Positions 50,002-58,751 of a stretch of DNA of 64,000 nt are shown one piece after another. Origin of the DNA: an uncultured Solirubrobacterales bacterium (GTDB lineage Bacteria > Actinomycetota > Thermoleophilia > Solirubrobacterales > 70-9). Positions within the stretch are counted from its first letter, which is position 1; each line of letters opens with the position of its first letter. The notes under the pieces were generated by a model. It searched no databases. It was given only the letters and a program-made list of their open reading frames with translations, and was not told the origin of the DNA. Where the stretch lies: assembly GCA_963808565.1 (NCBI GenBank), contig CAWEGM010000014.1, forward strand, positions 92,918-156,917. Reading direction: 5' to 3'. The position numbers and the translations under genes are program-made.

Positions 50002-50700
50002 CTAGCTCAGCCGGACCCGACCAGCACGGCGGTGACCTGAGGACCCTGTGAATGCCACATCGGACGACAGCCTCGCTGCATGCCAGGGCGAACGTATGCG
50101 CCCCGGCGCGGAATCGGATCGGTCACGACCATGGTCGAGAACCCATTCGGCGTACTGAGGCGCATTGGCCGATAGTGATGCGATCGCGTACTGATTGCCA
50201 ACGTGCACCGATCCGCCGGAGTTCACGCCGTCGACCCGGAACAGGCAGTCCCCCTGTGTCTGTGCGTTGTTGAACGCAATCTGACCGGCCCTGCCGATCA
50301 ACAGCACGCGACCCTCGTGTGGCAGAGTCATCTCCAGGCTCGCGCAGACGACGAGCGTCGCGCTTGAGGGATCGCATGCCGGGCCGCCGGGGTTGACAGA
50401 GCGCGCCGTCACGATGTTCGCCAGCGTCTGTCCGCCCACGGCACCAGCGTTCGTCGCGTTCGTCGCGTTCGTCGCGTTCGTCGCGTTCGTCGCGTTCGTC
50501 GCGTTCGCAACCGACAACCCCGGAGCCAGCTTGTTCACCTGGTTCTTGGCGATGTTCTTGACCTGCTTCTTCTCCTGCTTGTTGAGCACGCTCTTGATCG
50601 CGGTCGGAGCGGCCATCGCCGTCCCCGCGAGCGCGATGATCAGTGCCACCCCAGCGACGGTCATCGCTGGCGAGGGCATGCGTCCCTTCAGTCTCCTCAT
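50002..50700 (-). CDS. secreted protein with (Asn-Ala-Thr)n repeat; probable frame switch near 50155
   Basis: RBS AAGGGGAG then ATG 50700. MRRLKGRMPSPAMTVAGVALIIALAGTAMA signal, Lys-rich helix, VANATNATNATNATNATNATNAG, then a Cys-containing beta-rich domain. An alternative frame (ORF 50007..50201) has better GC3 at the 3' end. Confidence 0.65.
   Translation of the reverse strand: MRRLKGRMPSPAMTVAGVALIIALAGTAMAAPTAIKSVLNKQEKKQVKNIAKNQVNKLAPGLSVANATNATNATNATNATNATNAGAVGGQTLANIVTARSVNPGGPACDPSSATLVVCASLEMTLPHEGRVLLIGRAGQIAFNNAQTQGDCLFRVDGVNSGGSVHVGNQYAIASLSANAPQYAEWVLDHGRDRSDSAPGRIRSPWHAARLSSDVAFTGSSGHRRAGRVRLS
50447..50508 (-). repeat. perfect 9-bp tandem repeat gcgttcgtc, about 6.9 copies
   Basis: Six full units at 50447-50500 plus a partial unit. 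In frame, encoding NAT repeats on the minus strand. Confidence 0.95.
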
Positions 50701-51062
50701 CGGTAACTCCCCTTCTCGGTTGTTTGGCCACACGTCGGACGGAGGAGCGGAGCCGCGGTCCCCATGATCGACCCCACCGTGTCCCTAGCGCGATTCGCGC
50801 CAAGCCTATACCGAGAACGGTCCCCGGTACCCGTCGCTATTCCGCCAACGCGGCTGCCACCCGCTCTGCGGCGATCTCGTCGGACTGCGGCAGCAGGTGG
50901 GCGTAGGTCGAGGGCTCCGTCGCCGAGACGGCGGCGTCGTCCCGCCCCGGCTGTCGAGCTCTCCCTGGCGAGGACCTCGAGCGTCCTCATCTCGGCATCT
51001 TTCCCCTGCACCGACGGACAAACAGCGATCTCCCCTACTGGCCGCTGCCCTCCGCGTTCTAG

Positions 51063-51078
51063 AACCACAGGTTCTAGG
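51063..51078 (+). repeat. right copy of 16-nt direct repeat AACCACAGGTTCTAGG
   Basis: Exact match to 49849-49864. It contains CTA (51074-76), the complement of the TAG stop of the minus-strand gene 51074..51748. Confidence 0.95.
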
Positions 51079-51748
51079 GTGGGGTAAGCGCCCGGAGCGG
51101 GGGATCGGCGTAGCCGACCGCCCGGTAGAACGTCGCGCTCGGCTTCGCGAGGAGCCAGCGCCCGCCCTTGGGCCGGAGGTAGATCACGTCCTCCTCGATC
51201 GAGGGCTCTTGGCGGTCGCGGAAGCGGTGGACGACGGTCGCTGTCACCCGGGCGCCGACCCCCTCGACGGAGACCGCCGTGACCTCGACGATGCGGGTCC
51301 GCCTCCAGGCGGGCCCGCCGGCAGCCGGTCGGCTTCCGAGCGAGGCGCCGACCGAGCCCACGCAGCCGCCGCGGCGCTTCGGCAGCTCCGAGAGCTGCAG
51401 CGCGCCCGGTGCGAAGAACCCGCATGCGGCCCCCGCGTCGCGGTTGTTGAGGGCGTCGACGTACGAGCTGACCACCGCCGCGACCGCCGCCGAGTCGACC
51501 TCTGAGAGTTCACCGGTCTCTGGTCCCGCGGCGGCAGCCTCGGGACTCGCCTCACCGGCGGGCCCATCCTCGTCCTCTTCGGCGTGCTCGTGTGCCGCGT
51601 CTGGGGGCTCGGGCTCCGGGTGGGCAGTAGCAGTGGTCGAGAGGGTCGTGTTCGCGGCCACGTCCGCATCGTCGTCCGAGCCGCCGCAGGCGGGCGCGAT
51701 CAGGGCCGCGCAGCCGAGGATCGCCGCCGTCAGAGGTCCCGCTCTCAC
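51074..51748 (-). CDS. lipoprotein, hypothetical (NTF2-like C-terminal domain suspected)
   Basis: MRAGPLTAAILGCAALIAPACGG lipobox, an acidic His-rich linker, then SSYVDALNNRDAGAACGFFAPG. No firm family. Confidence 0.55.
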   Translation of the reverse strand: MRAGPLTAAILGCAALIAPACGGSDDDADVAANTTLSTTATAHPEPEPPDAAHEHAEEDEDGPAGEASPEAAAAGPETGELSEVDSAAVAAVVSSYVDALNNRDAGAACGFFAPGALQLSELPKRRGGCVGSVGASLGSRPAAGGPAWRRTRIVEVTAVSVEGVGARVTATVVHRFRDRQEPSIEEDVIYLRPKGGRWLLAKPSATFYRAVGYADPPLRALTPP

Positions 51749-51889
51749 CCGGCCAGGATATGGACGTCCGGTTTCCGTTCCTCGCTCCCTTACGTTCCGG
51801 GCCGGTGCCCCTCGCTGCTACCCTCGCCGCCCGGTCTTGAGTCCGCGACCCGAGGCCGCAGCCCCGACCCCCCGGCCCGAAGGCGCGAG

Positions 51890-52807
51890 ATGGCGCATCT
51901 GAAGGCAGTCCCCGACCCGAAGCCCGAGCCTGAGCGCGTTCCCGGCGGGAAGCCGTCGATCGCCGCGCTCGAGCGCTACGGGACGGTGCTTCGCATCCAC
52001 TGCGTCCGAATGCTCGCGGTCGCGAAGTCGGGACACCTCGGCAGCTCGCTCTCGGCCGCAGACGTCGTCGCGGCCCTGTACTTCCGCGTGCTGCGGCATG
52101 ACCCGTCCGATCCGTCAAGGCCCGAGCGGGACCGGTTCGTGCTCTCGAAGGGTCATGCGGCGCCGATCCAATACGCCGCGCTGGCTCAGCACGGCTACTT
52201 CCCGGCGGACGAGCTGATGGGACTCCGCCAGATCGACTCGCATCTCCAGGGGCATCCCGACATGAACCGCACCCCAGGAATCGAGGTGTCGACCGGGTCG
52301 CTCGGGCAGGGGCTCTCGATGAGCGTCGGGATCTGCCTTGCGCTGGGGCTCGACGGGCTTGCCGAGACCGCGCACGTCTTCACGCTGATGTCCGACGGCG
52401 ACTGCCAGGAGGGCGAGAGCTGGGAGGGGGCGATGGCGGCTGCGCACTACGGGCTCCCCAACATCACCGCGATCGTCGACTACAACCACCTCCAGACCGA
52501 CGGCACGACGGAGGAGGTCATGGACACCGGCGACGTTCGCGCCAAGTTCGAGTCCTTCGGCTGGGATGCGGTCGAGATCGACGGACACGACATGCCGGCG
52601 ATCGTGGAGGCGCTCGAGCGCAGCCGAACTCTGGGGGCCCCGGCCGCCGTCATCTGCCAGACGAAGAAGGGCCGTGGCGTCTCCTTCATGGAGGACCGCT
52701 TCGGCTTCGATGGCAAGCCCCCCAGCCAGGAGCGGGCCGAGCAGGCGCTCGATCAGCTGGAGGCGCGCTACCGGGAGCAGACCGCGGCCCTGGAGGCCGA
52801 CCGCTGA
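51890..52807 (+). CDS. transketolase, N-terminal subunit (split form)
   Basis: AKSGHLGSSLSAADV, DRFVLSKGHAAPIQYA, GSLGQGLSMSVG, LMSDGDCQEGESWEA, VDYNHLQTDG. Confidence 0.9.
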   Translation: MAHLKAVPDPKPEPERVPGGKPSIAALERYGTVLRIHCVRMLAVAKSGHLGSSLSAADVVAALYFRVLRHDPSDPSRPERDRFVLSKGHAAPIQYAALAQHGYFPADELMGLRQIDSHLQGHPDMNRTPGIEVSTGSLGQGLSMSVGICLALGLDGLAETAHVFTLMSDGDCQEGESWEGAMAAAHYGLPNITAIVDYNHLQTDGTTEEVMDTGDVRAKFESFGWDAVEIDGHDMPAIVEALERSRTLGAPAAVICQTKKGRGVSFMEDRFGFDGKPPSQERAEQALDQLEARYREQTAALEADR

Positions 52808-53826
52808 TGACGGGGGACCTGCTCGCCGCGGCCCGGCCTCAGACCGAGCCGATCGCGACCCGGCAGGCCTACGGCGACGCGCTCGCTGACCTGGGCGAGA
52901 GCTATCCGGACGTCGTCGCCCTCGACGCCGACCTCGCGGTCTCCACCCAGTCGATGAAGTTCGGGAAGCGGTTCCCGGAGCGGTTCTTCAACGTTGGCTC
53001 GGCGGAGGCGAACATGATGTCGATGTCGTGCGGCCTCGCGGTGACCGGCAAGGTCCCGTACGCGTCGACCTTCGCGATCTTCGCCGCCGGGCGCGCCTAT
53101 GACCAGGTACGGCTCGGCATCGCCCACAACGAGCTGAAGGTCCGGATCGGCGCCTCCCACGGCGGCGTCTCGCTGGGCGAGGACGGTGCCTCCCACCAGA
53201 TGATCGAGGACATCGCCCTGATGCGGGCGATGCCGAACATGCAGGTCGTCGTCCCCGCGGACTACAACCAGGCCTACACCGCGGTGATCGAGTCATACGA
53301 GCGCTTCGACGGCCCGATGTACATGCGCTTCGGCCGCCCGAAGACGCCGATCGTCTACGACGGGATTCCCGAGACGCTCGGGACCGGGGTGGACGTGCTC
53401 CGCTCCGGCGAGGACATCTCCATCTTCGTCTGCGGCCACATGCTCTGGCGTGCACTGGAAGCGGCAGCGGTCCTCGAGCATGAGGATGGCGTCGAGGCGG
53501 AGGTCGTAAACGTCTCGATCATCAAGCCGATCGACTCGCAGGCGGTGCTGCGATCGCTCGCGAAGACGGGCGTCGCGGTCACCGCCGAGGAGCACCGCGT
53601 CGTCGGCGGCCTCGGCGACGCCATCCGGCAGGTCGCCGCCGAGCAGCACCCCGTTCCGATCTTCGCGCTGGGGATGCAGGACGAGTTCGGCGTCTCGGGC
53701 ACCGCCGAGGCCTGCATGGAGCATTTCGGCCTGACCGCGAGCGGGATCGCCGACCTCGCCCGCGCGGCTCTGCTCAAGAAGCCGATCGTGCAGCATCCGC
53801 CGATCAACGGCGGCCCCTGGACGTAG
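52807..53826 (+). CDS. transketolase, C-terminal subunit (split form)
   Basis: ATG overlaps the upstream TGA (TGATG). FFNVGSAEANMMSMSCGLA, FAIFAAGRAYDQVR, GASHGGVSLGEDGASHQMIEDIALMRAMPNM. Confidence 0.9.
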   Translation: MTGDLLAAARPQTEPIATRQAYGDALADLGESYPDVVALDADLAVSTQSMKFGKRFPERFFNVGSAEANMMSMSCGLAVTGKVPYASTFAIFAAGRAYDQVRLGIAHNELKVRIGASHGGVSLGEDGASHQMIEDIALMRAMPNMQVVVPADYNQAYTAVIESYERFDGPMYMRFGRPKTPIVYDGIPETLGTGVDVLRSGEDISIFVCGHMLWRALEAAAVLEHEDGVEAEVVNVSIIKPIDSQAVLRSLAKTGVAVTAEEHRVVGGLGDAIRQVAAEQHPVPIFALGMQDEFGVSGTAEACMEHFGLTASGIADLARAALLKKPIVQHPPINGGPWT

Positions 53827-53829
53827 GTC

Positions 53830-54207
53830 CTACGTCTCCGTGTCGGGGACGCCATCCTCGGCGGAGTCGTCGAGGTCCCCGGGCGTGCCCTGTGTGTCGA
53901 CGTCGGTCTCCGTCGACTCGAAGTCGTCGGCGTCGCCGTAGACGTCGCCGCGCGCGCCGCCGGGCCCCTCGGGGTCGGGGCGGTCGGTGAGCGGGTTTCC
54001 GTGTTCGTCCTCGTGGCTGGCTCGCTGCCGCAGCTCCTCCTCGGCGAGCTCGAACCCCTCGGACTCCCCCTCGCCGGCCTCGGCCAGGGGTCGCTCCTCA
54101 TCGGGGAGGTCCTCCATGCCGCTGACGCCGCCGATCTGAGCAGCTTCGGCCGCCGCCAGCTCCTCCTCGTGCTCGATATCGCGTTCGATCGGATCGCGCT
54201 CGGTCAT
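53830..54207 (-). CDS. highly acidic hypothetical protein (125 aa)
   Basis: MTERDPIERDIEHEEELAAAEAAQIGG...DDSAEDGVPDTET. GC3-rich frame with ATG at 54207. Confidence 0.5.
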   Translation of the reverse strand: MTERDPIERDIEHEEELAAAEAAQIGGVSGMEDLPDEERPLAEAGEGESEGFELAEEELRQRASHEDEHGNPLTDRPDPEGPGGARGDVYGDADDFESTETDVDTQGTPGDLDDSAEDGVPDTET

Positions 54208-54379
54208 GCGTGCTCTCCCTTGATCGGTTTCACGTCGTGGAAGTCTGGCGGATGAGGCTGCGGCCATGCCGGCCGCCAGTCCAGCGGCTGCCTGACCGCG
54301 CGCTCGTCCGGGGCGGCGGCGTCTACGCTCGCTGCCTCCATGCGTGGCTGCTACCCCGGCCCCGGCGCGAAAACGCCGT

Positions 54380-54853
54380 CTATCCGAGCTTGAAGATCTC
54401 GGTGACGAAGCGCGGCTCATCCACGGACGTCCCGCTGATGAACCCCACCACCGTCCGGCCCGTCGCGCGCTCGACGGCGGCGCTGAAGGTCGATTGAATC
54501 GCCTCCTGATACTGGCGCCGGACCTGGGTGACGACATCCCCTCGGCCGCTGTCCACCAGGAACTGCTCGTTCGGGAGCAATTCGAGATCGTCGAGGATCA
54601 CGATGACCCAGTCCCCGTGAACGACCACATCGGGATTTCTCGCGGTCGTGCCGTACGACTCCTCATGGATGCGGACGATCTCATTGGCGATCTCGCTTCG
54701 GATCTCCTCCGCAAGAGGCGGCGGGCGCCTGTCCTCCGGCGCGCTTGGGTCTGCCGGGCCCCGGGAATCCCGCTCTCTACTCTCTCGCTCCCGGGCTGCC
54801 TCGTTCTCGCGCCCCTCGGGCTCCTCCCCGCTGCGATCGTCGAAACCAATCAT
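54380..54853 (-). CDS. DUF2294 (MpsC-like) family protein
   Basis: EIANEIVRIHEESYGTTARNPDVVVHGDWVIVILDD...VTQVRRQYQEAIQSTFSAAVERATGRTVVGFISGTSVDEPRFVTEIFKL. Paralogous to 55239..55613. Confidence 0.65.
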   Translation of the reverse strand: MIGFDDRSGEEPEGRENEAARERESRERDSRGPADPSAPEDRRPPPLAEEIRSEIANEIVRIHEESYGTTARNPDVVVHGDWVIVILDDLELLPNEQFLVDSGRGDVVTQVRRQYQEAIQSTFSAAVERATGRTVVGFISGTSVDEPRFVTEIFKLG

Positions 54854-55238
54854 CCCTCTCACCACCTCGCTGTCGCTGGGAATGAGGAACGAGCGTCCGG
54901 AACCCCTCTTGAATCGCCGGGGGGCGCGTCCGGTCGTCTGACGATAGCCATGCGGCCTCGGTTGGTCGCGGCCGCGCGGCTGTCCAAAGAATATCCCCCC
55001 AGCAGCGCTGCACGAAACAGGGCCGAATCGGGAGGCCACACTTGGCCCACCGATCGGAGTAGCCTGAAAGGAGGCGGCTCCACCACGAAGAGACTCACTG
55101 GGATGCCGCGCGCGCGTCGGGTCTTCCCGCAACTCTTCCCTTCGTGCGACCTACACAAGAAGAGGGGCGGCAAACGAACCACTCAGGAGGTTTGCCGTTT
55201 CCCCCGATGGGACAACCCAGCGCCGCCCAACGGGCGAG

Positions 55239-55613
55239 ATGCTGGCTCAGATCTCAACGGGCCTGGTGCAGCTCCACTCCCGGTACTACGGGAAGGGCCC
55301 GACCAAGGCGAAGACGCACCTGTTGAACGACACGGTGGTCTGCATCCTCCGCGGGGGTTTCACTACCGTGGAGCGGACGCTGATCGACACCGGGGCACTC
55401 GAGTCCGTGTATCAGATGCGGCGGAGCTTCCAGCAGGCCATGGAGTCGGACTTCCGGCGGATCGTGGAGGAGGCCACGGGTCGAAAAGTGATCGCGTACA
55501 TGAGCTCGATCCACGTCGACCCCGACCTCGCAATCGAGCTGTTCGTCCTCGAGCCGCAGGAGACGCCGGAGGAGCCGACGGTCACCGCCGGGCACGAGAT
55601 CTCCGGGAGCTAG
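55239..55613 (+). CDS. DUF2294 (MpsC-like) family protein
   Basis: ISTGLVQLHSRYYGKGPTKAKTHLLNDTVVCILRGGFTTVERTLID...MRRSFQQAMESDFRRIVEEATGRKVIAYMSSIHVDPDLAIELFVLE. Confidence 0.7.
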   Translation: MLAQISTGLVQLHSRYYGKGPTKAKTHLLNDTVVCILRGGFTTVERTLIDTGALESVYQMRRSFQQAMESDFRRIVEEATGRKVIAYMSSIHVDPDLAIELFVLEPQETPEEPTVTAGHEISGS

Positions 55614-56116
55614 CCGGCGGGGCGCTCGAGCGCCGTCATCGCCTCTTCGCGCTCAAGATATAGCGGCAACGCGGTGTCGATCCGCGCCAGCTTGAAGACC
55701 CGCTCCACCTGTGAGCCGGAAGCGATCACCGTATGCATCCGACAGCCGTCCTCCTCGCTCGTCCGGAACGCCGCGAGCAGAGCTCCGATCCCGGATGAGT
55801 CGATGAACCCGAGCTCGGTGAGGTCGACGAGCACGGCCTCGCTGGCACGAAGCTCCGACCGCAGCTCCGACTCCATCCGCGGGAAGGTGCTGAGGTCGAG
55901 TTCCCCCTGAGGGTGAACACGCACAGACCGTTGCCGGCCGAATGCCGCTCGACGTCGAGCAGCCCATCGTCTATTCGACCGCCGCCCCCTGGTTTGAGGG
56001 GTGGAGCGGCCCCGCTAGACCGCTCCACCCGCTTGCCTCGACCGGCAACCATCCCCTTGTGGCATGCCGCTCCCATGGGGCAGGGAGTTCTTCGAAAGGT
56101 CGCTCTTGGAAGACAT
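55610..56116 (-). pseudogene. STAS-domain anti-sigma-factor antagonist, frame-disrupted
   Basis: RBS GAGGAGG then ATG 56116 (MSSKSDLSK...). LLDVERHSAGNGLCVFTLRG lies in one frame and ELDLSTFPRMESELRS...VLVDLTELGFIDSSGIGALLAAF in another, with a switch at the C5 run about 55905. Confidence 0.65.
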
Positions 56117-56617
56117 CTGGGTTTCGTTCCTCCTCGGATCTGCCGCTTCCTTGCCGGCCGAGGAGACCCGTCCCTCCCCCTATGAAGGGCGTCTCTCCAA
56201 GTCTCTGTGACTTGCGGGTCGCGGACCCCGTTTGAGCCGAGAATGCCGCGCCGTCGCGAAATCTGAGAAAATTCTACGCCGCAGCACCCAGTAGGTCAAA
56301 AACGGGTACCTCGCGAGGCGTAGCAACGCATCGCGATATCCCGCAGTTTGCGTACGGAACGAGCCGACTAAGGGGCGGCGTGGGCCGGCGAAGGAATCGG
56401 ACACGATTTGAATCCATCTGATCCCCAGTCCCGATCCAGCGAGCGACTCGACGATCCGGGTGATATCGCGGAACGCCGGAGGCGAGACGATCGCGACGAA
56501 AGCGTATCTCCGGTGCATTCGGACGCCACCGGAGTGCGAGGACGCGGTGCGCGGGGCCGAGATGACGCCGCTCGGCCCCGCCGCCGCTACATCACCCACT
56601 AGCTCCCCTCGCTCGGA

Positions 56618-56900
56618 TCAAGGGGCGTGGAGGAGGTTCTCCACGCCGGCGACCCCGTCGACCGAGCGGACCTGCTCAACCAGCATCCTGATCGATCCGG
56701 CCGCTCGACCTCGTCGCGCAGGTTCAAGTTCGTAGTCGAGTTGCCCGGCGCCCAGTGGCGTTAAACGACCGGCTGGGTCGGCCAGCGAGCTCCCGGCTCG
56801 CCCCGACGAACGAGTTCTTGCGCCTGGAACAAGAACTTGCGAAGCGCTTTAGGCCGTTCCGTACCCTGTGCAGCGGTCAGAGTGCGGCCGGCGGGGGGAC
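56618..56900 (-). pseudogene. BON-domain protein remnant, multiply frame-disrupted
   Basis: The C-terminus reads IRMLVEQVRSVDGVAGVENLLHAP-TGA (stop 56618-20), preceded in another frame by NLNLRDEVERPD. The BON-type pattern V.L.G.V....(helix)..V.GV..V.N.L is recognisable. The upstream extent is unclear. Confidence 0.35.
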
Positions 56901-56933
56901 CCCGCCTATGCGCGCCTCTCGGCCACGCTTCGA

Positions 56934-57782
56934 ATGGCAAGACGACAGACAGCGAAGACCGTTCATGCCCGTCCGCAGCGGACGCGGCGGCCCGAGCACC
57001 TCACCGAGCAGCATGCGAGGCCGCCGATCGTCGAGCTGCGCCGGGTGACGAAGGTCTACCCGGGCGGGCACGTCGGTCTCGAGCGGGTCAGCCTGCGGGT
57101 CGACCGCGGGGAGTTCGTCTTCCTCGTCGGGCCCACCGGCTGCGGCAAGACCACGCTGATCAAGACGCTGATTCGCGAGCTCGAGCCGACAGAGGGCGAG
57201 GTGCTGATCGCCGGACGCGACATCGCGACGCTGTCCAACAAGAAGGTCCCGCACCTCCGGCGCCGGATCGGCACCGTCTTCCAGGACTTCAAGCTGCTCC
57301 CGAGCCGCAACGTCTACGACAACGTCGCCTATGCGCTTCAGGTGATCGGGGCCTCGCGAAGCGAGATCCGCCGCAAGGTCCCGGACGCCCTTCGCCTCGT
57401 CGGCCTCGCCGACAAGGTGAAGAGCCTCCCCGACCAGCTCTCCGGCGGGGAGCAGCAGCGGCTCTCGGTTGCACGGGCGTTCGTCAACCACCCGCCCCTG
57501 CTGCTTGCGGACGAGCCGACTGGAAACCTGGACCCGAACACCTCGATCGGGATCATGCAGGTGCTCTACCGGATCAACCGCACCGGGACGACCGTCGTGG
57601 TCGTGACCCACGACCGCGAGATGGTCGACAAGATGCGTCGCCGGGTGATCGCCCTCGAATCCGGACGCGTGGTCCGCGACCAGGCGGCCGGCACATACAC
57701 GTCGCGTGACGAGTCGACTCGCGAATTCGCGAGCCGGCTTCGGACCGAGCTGGGCGTCGACGACGAGGCTCCGCGCTACTAG
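56934..57782 (+). CDS. ftsE: cell-division ABC transporter ATP-binding protein FtsE
   Basis: [58 protein letters not shown]. The start is uncertain. ATG 56934 gives an N-terminal extension of about 30 aa. Confidence 0.9.
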   Translation: MARRQTAKTVHARPQRTRRPEHLTEQHARPPIVELRRVTKVYPGGHVGLERVSLRVDRGEFVFLVGPTGCGKTTLIKTLIRELEPTEGEVLIAGRDIATLSNKKVPHLRRRIGTVFQDFKLLPSRNVYDNVAYALQVIGASRSEIRRKVPDALRLVGLADKVKSLPDQLSGGEQQRLSVARAFVNHPPLLLADEPTGNLDPNTSIGIMQVLYRINRTGTTVVVVTHDREMVDKMRRRVIALESGRVVRDQAAGTYTSRDESTREFASRLRTELGVDDEAPRY

Positions 57783-57791
57783 GCACCGGCC

Positions 57792-58751
57792 ATGGGGCGA
57801 TTCTTCTTCTTCATCGGTGAGGGTTTGAGGGCGCTGCGGCGCACTCCCGCTCCCGGGCTCGCCGCGATCGTCACCGTTGCGGTGACGGTGGTTCTCCTGG
57901 GGGTCCTGGTCCCCGTCCTCCAGACGACCAACGACAAGAGCAACGAGGTTCGCGACCAGGTCGGACTGCGCATCTTCCTGAGCGATGCCGACGCGAACGG
58001 ATCCCCGATCGCGGACACGACCGGGAACCCGCCGCCAGAGGCGGAGGTCGCGGCGCTGCAGACCAAGCTCCAGTCGATTCCCCACGTCGAGAAAGTTGAG
58101 TACATCGACAAGGAGGAGGCCCGCGCGATCCTCAGCGACCGGCTGGAATCGGAGAACCGCGAGGACCTGACGGCCCAGCTTCCCGGTGGCCGCAACCCGC
58201 TGCCGGTCTCCTTCAGCGTGACGCCCGATGACCTCTCCAACCTCGGCTCGATCCGGGCGGCGATCGCGCCACCCGGCCCTGATGGGACGCCGACTCCGAT
58301 CAGCGGGTTCATCGACGAGGTGAACGACTCCCGCGACGACGCCGACAAGATCGAGGGCGCAACCACCGCCGTTCGCTGGGTCCTCGGCGTGATCGCCGTA
58401 TTGCTCCTGACCGCCTCGCTGCTGCTGGTCGGAAACACGATTCGCCTCTCGATCTACGCTCGCCGGCGTGAGGTCGAAGTGATGCGCCTGGTCGGGGCGA
58501 CGAACTGGTTCATCCGGTGGCCGTTCATGGTCGAGGGGCTGGTCTGCGGCCTGGTCGGCGCGGTGCTCGCGATCGGGGTGCTCTTCCTTGGCAAGGAGCT
58601 GATCGTCGATCCGCTCGCGAACGACATCCGGCTGATCGACTCCGGTGAGACCATCAGCTTCGCCAACCTCGCGATCGTCCTCCTCGGTGTGGCGATGGCA
58701 GTCTCCGCGATGGGCAGCGGCCTGACGCTGCGTCGCTTCCTCCGGATTTGA
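57792..58751 (+). CDS. ftsX: cell-division permease-like protein FtsX
   Basis: FFFIGEGLRALRRTPAPGLAAIVTVAV, large extracytoplasmic loop, EVEVMRLVGATNWFIRWPFMVEG. Confidence 0.9.
   Translation: MGRFFFFIGEGLRALRRTPAPGLAAIVTVAVTVVLLGVLVPVLQTTNDKSNEVRDQVGLRIFLSDADANGSPIADTTGNPPPEAEVAALQTKLQSIPHVEKVEYIDKEEARAILSDRLESENREDLTAQLPGGRNPLPVSFSVTPDDLSNLGSIRAAIAPPGPDGTPTPISGFIDEVNDSRDDADKIEGATTAVRWVLGVIAVLLLTASLLLVGNTIRLSIYARRREVEVMRLVGATNWFIRWPFMVEGLVCGLVGAVLAIGVLFLGKELIVDPLANDIRLIDSGETISFANLAIVLLGVAMAVSAMGSGLTLRRFLRI

Noticed and set aside
56180-56599. 139-aa minus-strand ORF in the gene-poor stretch
   Set aside because: It has Arg-rich composition, no motif, poor third-position GC bias and no RBS. 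It is more likely chance or part of a decayed gene.
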